Shown: one piece after another, positions 17,026 to 27,166 of the stretch | How the letters are laid out: each line of letters starts with the position of its first letter | How positions within the stretch are numbered: position 1 is the stretch's first letter | NCBI GenBank assembly: GCA_026129095.1 | Contig: JAHCIT010000013.1 | Location: 1 to 64,000, forward strand | Source: Deltaproteobacteria bacterium | GTDB lineage: Bacteria; JAGRBM01; JAHCIT01 | Direction: 5' to 3' | DNA: 64,000 bases | Notes under the pieces: generated by a model | What the model was told of the DNA's origin: nothing | The model's database searches: none | What the model saw: only the letters and a program-made list of their open reading frames with translations | Translations under genes and position numbers: made by a program

Positions 17026-19656
17026 TCAGGGCTTGCGGCTCCGCTGGCGGGTTTGTTCGGCAAGCGCACGGGCCTCATCGGCCCGGTCCTTCAGTTTCAG
17101 TGAATCGTACATCCGGGCGATGGCTTCGTAAGGCCGGGGATCACCGGGGACATTCACCGCATAGTCGGTCCAGACACGCCGGGCCTCCTCATGCAGCCGC
17201 CGGCGGATGTGCAGACTGGCCAGATAGTCGGCGTAGGTCCAGTTCGCCGGTTCGCGGCTTGCCACTATCCGCATCTCGCGGATGGCGTCGCCGATGGTCG
17301 AGAGGCTCCGGGCAAGTGCCTGCGCGTAAGAGTAACGGTATGGCGGCCGGTCCGGAAACCGGGCAGTCAGTTCCTGCCAGAATGCCACGCCGGGGTCCGC
17401 CTGGAACTCGACATAGGCGTTGTAGAGTTTCTGCCAGGTCTGATGCCGGTCCGGTTCCAGTTCCAGTGCCTTGCGGTAGGCGGAGACTGCATCGGCAACC
17501 TCCTGATTCAACCGGGAAAGGTCGCCGCGCAACTCATATGTTTCTGGCGTTCCGGGCGAATGCTGGTGAAAGGCATCGAGCCGGTGAATGGCGCCGTTGT
17601 AGTCGCCAAGGCTTTTCAGTGTTTCTGCCAGCCGGATCAGGTGATGGGGGTTCTCGGGCTCGGCAATGCTGGCCAGTTCATATTGCTCCCGGGCCTGTCC
17701 GGGAACATTGAAACGGCGCAGCAGGTCTCCAAATACCGTTTGAAACCGGGCCGTTTGCGGGAATGTCTGGCGGATTACCGGATACAGCCGGAGGAGCCGC
17801 TCCCTGTCCTTCAGGGGATCTCCGGCAATCACGGGCAGTACGCTTCCTGTCAGTTCAGGACGTTCCTTGAGCAGCAGTCCGAAGCTGAGCAGGGCATCGC
17901 CGAAATTGCCCTGCCGCCAGTCGAAAAGGGCGAGGGCATAAAGCGGGCGCCAGTCATGTGGTGAAAGCTCAACCGCCTCTACGAGATCCGCCCTGGCGGC
18001 GTCGGGGAGCCCCGCCTCTGCCTTCCAGCGCGCGCGCTGGCGGCGGTAGGTTGCTGACCGTGGATCAAGGGTGAGCGCAAGGTCGTAAGCTCCGATGATT
18101 TCCCTGATGGCCGTTTGGCGGCCAGTGATTTCGGTATCTCCGGCGGAGGCAGGGATCATCTTCTCCAGCAGCCCGGCGCGGAGTGCCTCGCGCCGGGCAA
18201 AGGGCAGCGGACCGATGCGTACTGCCAGGTCCAGATAACCGATTGCTTCTTCCGGGTTGCCCATGAGCGTACGGGCACGGCGCTCATGGGTGGCGGCGAG
18301 CAGCCGGGTAACGGACAGGTAGCCAAACAGCAGGAGACCCAGGACTGGCACGGTGGCCAGTGCGAACCGTTTCCATCCGTGGGCCCTCAGCCGTTCGGCC
18401 TCGTCGCTCTGCCGGTGCGAGGCCGAGGCCATGATGCACGCCAGTACCGCGATGGCGGCGAATGCATTTGCCGGGATGCGGAGCCCGAAATCCACGAGCG
18501 AATGGACGAATACGGCCACAATGGCGACCGTTCCGCCCCGGACCATCGCCCGGTCGTAAATGCTTCTGATTTCGTTCCGTGCGGAAAAGACGTGGAGAAA
18601 GAACAGGGCCGAAGTCAGCACGAGCAGCAAGGCCCCCACGATTCCCGTCTCGGTCACGATCTGCAGCAGGTCGTTATGAACGTGATCAACCCGGTAGAGA
18701 ATGCCTGCGGGGCGGTGGGATGGAAACCAGGCGGCGAACTGGCCGGGGCCGATCCCCGTTACGGGATGGTCCGCCAGCATGCCAAGCGCCGATTTCCACA
18801 TCTCTATCCGTTCGAGAGCGGACGGCTCCTGTATGGTGGCTGCGCGGGCCAGCCGCATGGTGAATGAATCGCTGCCGAACCAGACCGCAGTCAGCATCAG
18901 TATGAGTGCAATACCGGCGATTACCTCCACGATCCGGCGGGCCGAACTCGAAGTCCGATGGAGGATGAAGTCGAGCCCTACCGTTACACCGGCCACACAC
19001 ATGGCCATGAAACCGCCCAGGCTGCCGGTCAGAAAGAAGGCCATGAGCAGGGAAGAGGCGAGCAGGAACAGGAAACCGGGCCGCTCCCATAGCCTGCCGG
19101 CGGAACTTGCCGCCGACCGGAAGGCCACTCCGGCGTAGTAGGTAACAGGGATGAGCGACAGCAGGAGCAAGGCGAAATGGTTCCGGTTCACGAATGTACC
19201 GGAGAGCTGCCACAATCCGGGGCCTGATGCCGGTGCGCCTTCTCCCGGAAACCGGACGACCAGTCCGATCCCGGCGGCAAGGAGTGCGATGGCCGCCATC
19301 AGCACGATGGATCGCTCAAGCACCTGCCGGTCCCGGTAGTGGTGGACCAGCGCGATATACAGGGCAAGACCGGTCAGCCAGTAAAGGGCTTCCTCCAGTG
19401 CCTCGGCACTGGGTTCAGGGACCAGAGCACGGACGAACAGGTACAGAACAAACAGCCCGACGGCCATAACGGCCTTCCAGCCTGGTACGGCGGTATGTCC
19501 GGTGCGGATCCACTCGGCGATCACTGTCACGGCGAGCACGAAAGCGGTGATCTCAAGAATAAACCGGCCCAGCGGAGTGATTCCGCCGGCATAAAGAACC
19601 AGAACGGCAAAACCGGAACCGGCGGCCAGTTCCCTCAGGATCGCCAGCTGCTTCAC
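17026..19656 (-). CDS. O-antigen ligase / O-oligosaccharyltransferase (Wzy_C) family protein with C-terminal TPRs
   Basis: GTFVNRNHFA, RIEMW, GIGPGQF, HVHNDLLQ...ETGIVG and HSLVDF.L.IPAN, followed by a long TPR array. Confidence 0.85.
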   Translation of the reverse strand: MKQLAILRELAAGSGFAVLVLYAGGITPLGRFILEITAFVLAVTVIAEWIRTGHTAVPGWKAVMAVGLFVLYLFVRALVPEPSAEALEEALYWLTGLALYIALVHHYRDRQVLERSIVLMAAIALLAAGIGLVVRFPGEGAPASGPGLWQLSGTFVNRNHFALLLLSLIPVTYYAGVAFRSAASSAGRLWERPGFLFLLASSLLMAFFLTGSLGGFMAMCVAGVTVGLDFILHRTSSSARRIVEVIAGIALILMLTAVWFGSDSFTMRLARAATIQEPSALERIEMWKSALGMLADHPVTGIGPGQFAAWFPSHRPAGILYRVDHVHNDLLQIVTETGIVGALLLVLTSALFFLHVFSARNEIRSIYDRAMVRGGTVAIVAVFVHSLVDFGLRIPANAFAAIAVLACIMASASHRQSDEAERLRAHGWKRFALATVPVLGLLLFGYLSVTRLLAATHERRARTLMGNPEEAIGYLDLAVRIGPLPFARREALRAGLLEKMIPASAGDTEITGRQTAIREIIGAYDLALTLDPRSATYRRQRARWKAEAGLPDAARADLVEAVELSPHDWRPLYALALFDWRQGNFGDALLSFGLLLKERPELTGSVLPVIAGDPLKDRERLLRLYPVIRQTFPQTARFQTVFGDLLRRFNVPGQAREQYELASIAEPENPHHLIRLAETLKSLGDYNGAIHRLDAFHQHSPGTPETYELRGDLSRLNQEVADAVSAYRKALELEPDRHQTWQKLYNAYVEFQADPGVAFWQELTARFPDRPPYRYSYAQALARSLSTIGDAIREMRIVASREPANWTYADYLASLHIRRRLHEEARRVWTDYAVNVPGDPRPYEAIARMYDSLKLKDRADEARALAEQTRQRSRKP

Positions 19657-19668
19657 CCGGGGCTGCTC

Positions 19669-21612
19669 CTACTGGGCCCGGCTGGAAGCTGGATAGGTGT
19701 AGTAATAGTACTGGTGGTGCTTGAGATCTGTGAACCGGTTCATCACAACCCCGTAGACCTTGGTGCCGGTCTTCCGGATCTGGTCGAGGGCACGGCCGAC
19801 GTCGCCCCGGTTTATGCTCGAAGCGTCGAACACCATGATGACCCCCTGAACGGCGGTGGCGAGAATCGCCGCATCAGCCACAGGCAGTACCGGCGACGCA
19901 TCGATAATCACCTGGTCATACTCCGAAACTGCCGCGGCGATCAGTTCCTTCAGGCGGCCGGATTCCAGCAGTTCCGAGGGATTGGGCGTGATGACCCCGC
20001 AGGTCATGATGTCCAGTTTCTCCAGCCAGGTAGGAACCACTGCCTCGTGGTAGTCGTCGATGTCACCAGCCAGGTAGTGCGTGAATCCCATCTTCGCGTT
20101 CAGGCCCAGTTCCCGGTGGATGTTCGGGTTCCTCAGGTCCGCGTCGATCAGCAGTACCCGCTTGCCGGCGAGGGCAGTGGCAACGGCCAGATTGATCGCG
20201 GTCGTCGTCTTGCCCTCACGGGGAGAACAACTGGTGAGCAGCAGCGAACGGCCACTCTCAATCGAATGCGAAAACTTCACATTGGTGCGAAGGGTCCGGT
20301 AGGCCTCAGCCGGAATGGACGCCGGCCGGAGCCTGGATACCAGGGCCGCAGGCAAAACGCTGCCGGGATCATCACCATCATTCTCGGAGATGACCGGGAT
20401 GGTCCCCAGAATCGGTACATCGAACAGATCCTTGAACTCGTCGAGGCTCTTGATGCGGGGGTCCATCAGCTCAATCAGCAGTGCGGAAAGGATCCCCAGG
20501 GCGATGCCGATCAGTGCGGCCAGTGAGATGGTCCGCCGCGGGGTTGGACGGATTGGCGTTACCGGCCGTTCCGCCTTTTCGACGATGCGGATGTCGGTCT
20601 CGGCGATATTGCCGGTGATGTCGATTTCCTTCAGCTTCTGGATCAGGGCGTTGTAAAGCGCCTTGTTTGTATCGGCAGTCCGGCGCAAAAGGTCATACTG
20701 GATCGCCTTTTCACGTACCTCGATCGCCTGTTCCCGTGATGCCTTGCGTGAACGTTTCAGGGCTTCTTCCTGACGGGCAATCCGGCTGCGCAGCGAGGCG
20801 ATCTGCTCGTCGAGCCCCCGCATTCTCGGGTGGGCGGGGAGATATCGTGCGGACAGTTCAGTTTTTTCGGCCTCCCGGGCGATCAGTTGCGAGCGCAGGC
20901 TCTGCAGGACATCGCCTTCCATTCCGGTGGCGAACTGCCCCTGAACGGTTCCTGTCTGGACCTGCGATGGCATCTGCGTCTCGGCGGCGATTTCGACCAA
21001 GTCTACGCCATGCTCCTTGATGTAGTCGATCACCGCGAGTTCCGACTCCTGGACCCGCTGTTCCAGCTCGATGATCTGCTCTTTCAGCCACGTGTGTGAT
21101 CTGGTGAAGCTTTCAATCTGTTCCTCGATCGTGCGGGAGATGTACTGTTCCGCGTAGGTGTTGGCTATCCGCATTGCGCGATCGGGACTCGTGTCGCGTG
21201 CTATGACACGTATGATCCGGGTGTTCTCATGGCGGCGGATCTCGATGGATGACATCGTTCTGCGCACCCAGTCGGCAAACACGGCCTCGCCATCGGCCTC
21301 GGGGGTGATACCCATGGCACGGGTCACCCGCTCGGCCATCGGCTTCGAGCGGAGAATCTCCATCTCCGTGTCGAACTTCATATTGGTGATGTAGTAGGCC
21401 TCGAACGAAACCAGCTGGCGCGGGAGCATTTTGCTGACCGCTTCCGGCTGGAGGGAGACACGTGCCTCGGCCTGGTAGACCCGGGGCTCGCGGAGCGTGA
21501 CGGCAGCGGCTGTAACTGTCACCAGGCCGGCGACCGTCGCGGCAATCCAGCCGCGTTTGCGGAGAAACCGGACGACTTCGTGATGGGACAGTCTTTCAAC
21601 GTTCAGGTTCAA
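19669..21612 (-). CDS. wzc: Polysaccharide co-polymerase / tyrosine autokinase (Wzc)
   Basis: Two TM segments with a coiled coil; EAYRTLRTN, Walker A SPREGKTT, LIDADLR, IIDASP; C-terminal YYYYTY cluster. Confidence 0.92.
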   Translation of the reverse strand: MNLNVERLSHHEVVRFLRKRGWIAATVAGLVTVTAAAVTLREPRVYQAEARVSLQPEAVSKMLPRQLVSFEAYYITNMKFDTEMEILRSKPMAERVTRAMGITPEADGEAVFADWVRRTMSSIEIRRHENTRIIRVIARDTSPDRAMRIANTYAEQYISRTIEEQIESFTRSHTWLKEQIIELEQRVQESELAVIDYIKEHGVDLVEIAAETQMPSQVQTGTVQGQFATGMEGDVLQSLRSQLIAREAEKTELSARYLPAHPRMRGLDEQIASLRSRIARQEEALKRSRKASREQAIEVREKAIQYDLLRRTADTNKALYNALIQKLKEIDITGNIAETDIRIVEKAERPVTPIRPTPRRTISLAALIGIALGILSALLIELMDPRIKSLDEFKDLFDVPILGTIPVISENDGDDPGSVLPAALVSRLRPASIPAEAYRTLRTNVKFSHSIESGRSLLLTSCSPREGKTTTAINLAVATALAGKRVLLIDADLRNPNIHRELGLNAKMGFTHYLAGDIDDYHEAVVPTWLEKLDIMTCGVITPNPSELLESGRLKELIAAAVSEYDQVIIDASPVLPVADAAILATAVQGVIMVFDASSINRGDVGRALDQIRKTGTKVYGVVMNRFTDLKHHQYYYYTYPASSRAQ

Positions 21613-21627
21613 GTTCGTTGGTCCCGC

Positions 21628-22530
21628 CTAGAAAAAGCTTTCTGGCACGGTAATCAGGTCGCCGGGAAGCAGTTTCAGGTTCTTGTCCTTGTCGCCTTTC
21701 AGGATATCAGCCACCCGTACCATGAATATCTCGCGCTCCGGGCCTTGTCCCCGGATAACGCGGCTCCGGTTGGCCGATGCGTATTCGGTGGTGCCGCCTG
21801 CCTGGAGGACGACGTTCAGGACGGTGGTGTCTTCGTTCCACTCATAGGCACCTGGCCGCTGTATGGCGCCGGTGATGTACACAACATTTGCGGTCCCCCG
21901 TCCCCCATCCCGTGCGGTACGGACGAAAACGATGTCTCCGCTGCGGAGCCTGAGATTCTGGGACAGGTCGCCGCGGGTAAACAGAGCCGACAGATCCACG
22001 CGGCGGATTTCAACCGGCGTACCGCCTTCCCGCTCCGGAGAGTCGCCCAGCCGGACCACATCACCGGTCAGGGTGCCCCCGGCTTCCGGTCCGCCGGCCT
22101 CCAGCAGCACTTTCAGAATGCTTGGATCCTCATCCAGGAAGAACAGGCCGGGCCTCTTGACCGACCCGAACACGTAGACCTTCTGGCTCCGGTAGCTGGC
22201 GACAGAAACCGTGACTATCGGGTCGACGAGGTAGCTTTCGGCAAGCTTCCGTGTGATTTCATCATCCAGCGACTGGGTGGTTCGTCCAGCGGCCTTGATC
22301 TGCCCGAGTAGCGGGAATTGAAGAACGCCCTGCGACGAGACTTCAAACTCGCCAGTGAGGTCAGCTTCCCTCCAGACAGTGATCTGGAGCCGGTCTTGCG
22401 GACCGATCCGGTAGGACTCTCCGGCATCAGCTGCATGGGCCCGGTCCGCAAACAATCCCGCGCTGCCGAACACCATGGCCAGTGCCAATATGATGATCTT
22501 CCGGTTCATGATCTGTCGGAAGTATAACAT
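21628..22530 (-). CDS. wza: Polysaccharide export protein (Wza/OPX, Poly_export + SLBB domains)
   Basis: YRIGPQD.L.ITVW, FPLLG.I.AAG.T, YLVDP.V.V, V.V.GSVKRPG and two SLBB repeats; short type ending VPESFF. Confidence 0.9.
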   Translation of the reverse strand: MLYFRQIMNRKIIILALAMVFGSAGLFADRAHAADAGESYRIGPQDRLQITVWREADLTGEFEVSSQGVLQFPLLGQIKAAGRTTQSLDDEITRKLAESYLVDPIVTVSVASYRSQKVYVFGSVKRPGLFFLDEDPSILKVLLEAGGPEAGGTLTGDVVRLGDSPEREGGTPVEIRRVDLSALFTRGDLSQNLRLRSGDIVFVRTARDGGRGTANVVYITGAIQRPGAYEWNEDTTVLNVVLQAGGTTEYASANRSRVIRGQGPEREIFMVRVADILKGDKDKNLKLLPGDLITVPESFF

Positions 22531-22569
22531 ATCAGACTTACGATGATTTCCAGTTGATAGAGGGGGCTT

Positions 22570-23763
22570 CTAGAGGGTCAGCTTTAACCCGGTCGTGGCT
22601 ACATGCCCGCTGAAGCGGTTGGCCTCCAGCCCCTTAAAATAGGTGTACCCCGCACTTGCACTCAGTTCCTTGCGTATCGGGTACGAAAGCCCGGTTGTAA
22701 TCGAAAAGAATGCCGAGTCCGGATTCCCGCCCGCCCCCGTGGGAAGCACGAGGAGAGAAGCCCGCGAATAGGTTGCCGAACCGCCCCATCCGATTTTCCG
22801 GGTTAGCTGGTATCCGGCCTTTCCGTTGACGGACAGGAGCCTGACGGCGGTGCCCCGGGAGTCCATCCGCTCGGCATACGAGAGATCGGCCGCCATCTTC
22901 AGCCTGTTGTTTGGCGTCCAGATGATTCCACCATTGGCCGCCGGATTGGTCAGCGTTCTGGAGGCGATACGCGCAAACGACACTCCCGCTCCCATATGCG
23001 TTTCGAGCCTCGGACCGGTCCGGTAGTTTACCGTCGCGGTGGTGGTCAGGGTGGTCAGGGTATAGAGCGGCACGACAGGGGTGCCAGCTATGAAGCCGTC
23101 GTAGAACCGTGTCTGACTGAAGCCCTGCGTCAGCGAGATCCGGGTTTTGGGACTCAGCCGCCGCTCGAAGGAGGCCGAAGCACGGTAGTTGTAGGAGTCA
23201 TTGGGCAGGTCGATCAGCGTGACGGCTTCATAGCCCATGCCGAGGGTGAGGCGGTTCCGGCCAGCCAGTGGCGCATCGTAGTGCAGGTTCACACCGGCGC
23301 GGTTCACGCTGGTGAGATTCGCCGGGGTTTCGGCCGGCCGGGAGAACTCGATGGGCTGGGCGTAAAACCGGTCGGATAGCGAGAGACGCATTCGCCGGCC
23401 CAGCCGGAAGGCGAGATTCACTCCTGCATCGGGCAAAATCTTGTCGGCCAGTCCACTGTCGGCGAATGTATAGGCGGCAATCCCCGCATCCATCGAGAAT
23501 TCGCCAAATGCGGCCTGCGGCCGGATCGAGAACCGCGGCCTGTAAACAGCATACAGGGTGCTGTTTGCGGCGTTTCCGGCGGCATAGTTCACATTGGTCG
23601 AATAGTAGCCATCGACGCCAAGAGTGAACTGCCAGAACGAGTTCTCGAAGGAAGCGCGGGCCGGAAACGCTTGTCCCGTCAGCAGGATGGCGAGACAAAG
23701 TGTCAGCCAGCGGGCACGGGGAAAATTCTGGAGGTGGGCAGGCAGTCGCGGCAGGGGCGGCAT
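22570..23763 (-). CDS. Outer-membrane beta-barrel associated with polysaccharide export
   Basis: Signal peptide, alternating amphipathic beta-strands and terminal strand GLKLTL; located next to wza. Confidence 0.7.
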   Translation of the reverse strand: MPPLPRLPAHLQNFPRARWLTLCLAILLTGQAFPARASFENSFWQFTLGVDGYYSTNVNYAAGNAANSTLYAVYRPRFSIRPQAAFGEFSMDAGIAAYTFADSGLADKILPDAGVNLAFRLGRRMRLSLSDRFYAQPIEFSRPAETPANLTSVNRAGVNLHYDAPLAGRNRLTLGMGYEAVTLIDLPNDSYNYRASASFERRLSPKTRISLTQGFSQTRFYDGFIAGTPVVPLYTLTTLTTTATVNYRTGPRLETHMGAGVSFARIASRTLTNPAANGGIIWTPNNRLKMAADLSYAERMDSRGTAVRLLSVNGKAGYQLTRKIGWGGSATYSRASLLVLPTGAGGNPDSAFFSITTGLSYPIRKELSASAGYTYFKGLEANRFSGHVATTGLKLTL

Positions 23764-23767
23764 CAGC

Positions 23768-25243
23768 TCACGGAAGCCCCCCGGCCGGGATATAGGGACT
23801 CACCGGGGTACCGAAGTTCCCCTCATCGCCAAGCTGGAAATCGCCCCAGTCGATCGGATGATCAGGCAGGATGGCAAAGTCGGGGCTTCCGCCAAGCAGG
23901 TCCTCGCGCTCCTGCATCCGGAGCTGCCCTATCCGGTCGGTGAAAAGCACTGACTGCAGGTTGGAGGCAAGCCCGCCCTCGTCTACCGGGGCAAGCGGTT
24001 CGCCTTCCTGGAGGCCTGCTGCCATCGCCACCTGGTAATACGAGGATGTGCTCTCATCCTTGCGGGCGATTTGCAGGTCAAAGATCTTGACGGAGGAGCC
24101 AGCCCGTAGCACGACCCGGTTTGCGCCCCTTTTCAGTTCCACAACCCCAATAGTAAATGGCTTGGGCGCGTTGTCCGGAGTTCGGACCTGGGCGTCGTCG
24201 CTCCGGCATCCGTTCACGGACCAGGATGTCTTGCCATTTCCGCTCATGGTGGCGCGCAGTTCAAAAAGGCCCGCATCCGGGGCATTGATGATGAATTCGG
24301 TCCGTCCGGCGTCAGTACCCAGCAACGGCCGCTTGACGGATATGCCCTGCCGGGGCTGGCCACGCTCGTCGGATACATCCGAAGGCCTTACTGAATCGGG
24401 ATTTCTTACAGCGGCGGCAGCAGGAATGACTTCAGGAGGCTTGCCCGCGTCCGGGAGATCCTTCATCAGCCCCAGCGCCCGCACCATCGCCACGGTTTTT
24501 TCTCCATAGGTCAGGGGCTCATTCAGCGGCCCCTGGAAATCAGGAGTCACCGGCCCCATGCATGGAGTATCAACCCTGATCTCTCCGATGGAACCTCCCG
24601 GTGGCAGCGTGACCCGCAACTGGTGAGTGCCGGCAGGGAGCTTCAGCGGCTCTGCCTGGGTGGAAGTGCCGGAGCCGTCATCTCGGGCCGCAACGGGTGC
24701 GCCGTTGTTGACAGCCCAGACCTGGGTGCCGCCTCGCACGGTGGCCGAAATCGTCACTTCACCGGCTCGGAGCGTAGTGAACTGGTAGATGACCGGTGCG
24801 GCGGCTCCCCTCGCATGCAGGATTTTCTGCGGTTTGTTTCCTACAAGGACCGTCCCTTCACGGATGTTGGGTGCGGCGGTTGTGTAGTTGGCCGGGTCGA
24901 TCTGGATCTCTCCGCCACCATTCATGAACTCCACCGGGTCAACCGAATTGCTCTCATCACCGGTCGGCAGGTTGAAGCCGAGTTTCTTCGCCAGAGACCT
25001 GGCAAATTCCTTGCGGCTTACAAACCGTGCGGATGAAGCAGTATCCTGGATAATAGTGCCGCCCCCGCCGGATGTCTGGGCGAGCGAAGTTCTGCTGTCA
25101 GCGAGCGAAAATACGACAAACAGGGCTGCCACAGCAGCACCGATCCGGCGAGGACCAAGATGGAGTTGAAGGCGGTTCATGCGTGCCAACACTTGCCTGC
25201 CGGATGGCATATCGCCCCGGCCAATACTATCCTCCCGCGCCAA
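23768..25243 (-). CDS. Secreted hypothetical protein with SLH-like helices and beta-sandwich (CBM-like) inserts
   Basis: Hydrophobic signal ending SLAQ; VSRKEFARSLAKKLG and PLTYGEKTVAMVRALG; LPAGTHQL and LKRGANRV strands; start uncertain. Confidence 0.6.
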   Translation of the reverse strand: MAREDSIGRGDMPSGRQVLARMNRLQLHLGPRRIGAAVAALFVVFSLADSRTSLAQTSGGGGTIIQDTASSARFVSRKEFARSLAKKLGFNLPTGDESNSVDPVEFMNGGGEIQIDPANYTTAAPNIREGTVLVGNKPQKILHARGAAAPVIYQFTTLRAGEVTISATVRGGTQVWAVNNGAPVAARDDGSGTSTQAEPLKLPAGTHQLRVTLPPGGSIGEIRVDTPCMGPVTPDFQGPLNEPLTYGEKTVAMVRALGLMKDLPDAGKPPEVIPAAAAVRNPDSVRPSDVSDERGQPRQGISVKRPLLGTDAGRTEFIINAPDAGLFELRATMSGNGKTSWSVNGCRSDDAQVRTPDNAPKPFTIGVVELKRGANRVVLRAGSSVKIFDLQIARKDESTSSYYQVAMAAGLQEGEPLAPVDEGGLASNLQSVLFTDRIGQLRMQEREDLLGGSPDFAILPDHPIDWGDFQLGDEGNFGTPVSPYIPAGGLP

Positions 25244-25389
25244 ATGACCCCCCGGCCCGCGGAAATAGTTTGATCCGCCTGCCAGATTCGTGCAATAAAA
25301 AAGGCAAAAGTTTTATATAGTTACGTGATTTGTGCCCACTGGTTTCCGTTTCGAATTGGAACGTGAAAAGACGCCGGTAACGACAGGAT

Positions 25390-27162
25390 ATGGCTGATTC
25401 AGGGCTGATAGACAGGCTGATTGCAGGACAGGCCGAAGCGTCCGACCTGTGCGGACAGGATTTCACTGGCGCCCAGCTTGCTGGCTGCCGGTTTCCTTCT
25501 GGCCGGATAGAGAATGTGAATTTTGAACGCTGTGAACTCGGTGGAGCCAGCTTTGCCGGAACCGAGTTCTCGAACTGCAATTTCACGGCGGCCCGGTTCC
25601 GCGGTGCCGAGGCCCAGGGTGCGGTTTTTGGAAGCTGCGATCTGACTGCTTCCGAACTGGCCCAGATCAATATTACCCACGCCCAGTTCAAGGGATGCCG
25701 TTTCGACAAGTCCTTCTGGCAGGGCGTCACGGCACACGAACTGACCGCAGACCAGTGTTCGTTCCAGGAAGCACGGATGGAGGAGGTTGATTGCTCACGG
25801 GGCGTCTTTCGCGGGTGCGAGTTCCGGAAGTCTTCCCTGTCCCGGTGGATTTTTGTTGAAGGGGTTCTTGCTCGGCCGGTTCTGGATGGTGTCCGTATCG
25901 AAGGCGGGCAGTTCCGGCGGACACGGTTCCAGTCGGTTGATGCCCGCGGGACAGTGATAGCCTCCACGGATCTGAGGGAAACTGTCTGGGAACTGGCGAA
26001 ACTGTCCTCGATGCAGTTCACCGAATGCCGTCTCGATTCGAGCCGCTGGGAATCGTGCCAGCTACCGCAGGCGCGGTTTCAGCTGGTGAGGCTTGATGAT
26101 GTCGTGTTTGAGGAGTGTGACCTCCAGAAGGTTACGCTGGACAACTCGACCATGCGCCGCTCGGTGTTTGACCGGGTAATGATGGAAGACGCCTCGCTTG
26201 CGAGCGTTGATGCGAATGCCGCCTCGTTTGCCATGACGCGCCTTGCCGGAGCGGACCTGACATCGGGGATGTTCGACCGGGCCTGTTTCGAGGGGGCCCT
26301 GATGGACCGCGTGAAGGCAGGAGGTGCGAGCTTCGCAGGTGCCGTGCTGTCGGGTGCGATCCTGAGCGGCATGGAGGCTGAAGCGGCGGTGTTTTCTGGC
26401 GCCAATGCCTCGTGGAGCCGCTGGCACAATTGCCGGATCCGGGGGATGCAGGCCGAGGGGCTTAAGGCGCCCGGCCTCGATCTGGCCGGATCGGTGCTGA
26501 CCGAGGTGGCGCTGGCAGGAGCTGATCTCAGATACAGCGACTGGAGCCGTACCAAGCTGGCTCATTCAGCGATTACCGGTGCGGTCTTGACGGGTGCCAA
26601 CCTGTCATCAGCCCGCTGGCAGGCTGTTGATCTCAGGGGATCGCGGACTGACCAGGTCCGGACGCAGGGCGGGAGTTTCGCAAGCGTCCTGAGTGACCTG
26701 CCGCTGGACCCGGCTCTTGCAGAAGCGGAAAACGAGACGGCAGATCTGCCGGTCACCCCGTCGTCACGGTCGCGGGCGGCCAAGACTGCCGCCCGGCCGG
26801 CGGCACGTGAAAAACTACGGCCGGAGACAGCGACGGATTTCATATACGACCAGTGGCCACTCCTTCTGGGACTGATCACAGGACCGGCGATGTTTCTGGC
26901 ACTGGCGTATCTCGCCCGGTTCGATCCGTCCATGCTGGGAATATTGCTGTCTCGTGGCCTGTATATTCCGGCTGGTGCGGCGACGGTTCTGGTCTTATCA
27001 TTGATCGGGAGCGGCGTGCGTCATGCGGTCCGGGTGGCCGAAGGGCGGGATGGCTCGGTGTCCAGTTTTCTGGCGTCACTGGTCGTGAACGGCGTTTCGC
27101 TTGGTGTCTGGTCTTCACTGGCAGCCTGGTATGCCGCTGCAGTGCGGATAAAGGGAGGCTGA
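25390..27162 (+). CDS. Pentapeptide-repeat protein with C-terminal transmembrane helices
   Basis: About 430 aa of 5-residue A(D/N/x)(L/F)xx repeats, then a Pro/Ala/Arg linker and about three hydrophobic segments. Confidence 0.88.
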   Translation: MADSGLIDRLIAGQAEASDLCGQDFTGAQLAGCRFPSGRIENVNFERCELGGASFAGTEFSNCNFTAARFRGAEAQGAVFGSCDLTASELAQINITHAQFKGCRFDKSFWQGVTAHELTADQCSFQEARMEEVDCSRGVFRGCEFRKSSLSRWIFVEGVLARPVLDGVRIEGGQFRRTRFQSVDARGTVIASTDLRETVWELAKLSSMQFTECRLDSSRWESCQLPQARFQLVRLDDVVFEECDLQKVTLDNSTMRRSVFDRVMMEDASLASVDANAASFAMTRLAGADLTSGMFDRACFEGALMDRVKAGGASFAGAVLSGAILSGMEAEAAVFSGANASWSRWHNCRIRGMQAEGLKAPGLDLAGSVLTEVALAGADLRYSDWSRTKLAHSAITGAVLTGANLSSARWQAVDLRGSRTDQVRTQGGSFASVLSDLPLDPALAEAENETADLPVTPSSRSRAAKTAARPAAREKLRPETATDFIYDQWPLLLGLITGPAMFLALAYLARFDPSMLGILLSRGLYIPAGAATVLVLSLIGSGVRHAVRVAEGRDGSVSSFLASLVVNGVSLGVWSSLAAWYAAAVRIKGG

Positions 27163-27166
27163 CACC

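Noticed and set aside
25330-25350. Sigma-54 promoter for the polysaccharide export operon
   Set aside because: GG-N10-GC spacing exists on the minus strand, but the flanking bases match TGGCAC/TTGC poorly.
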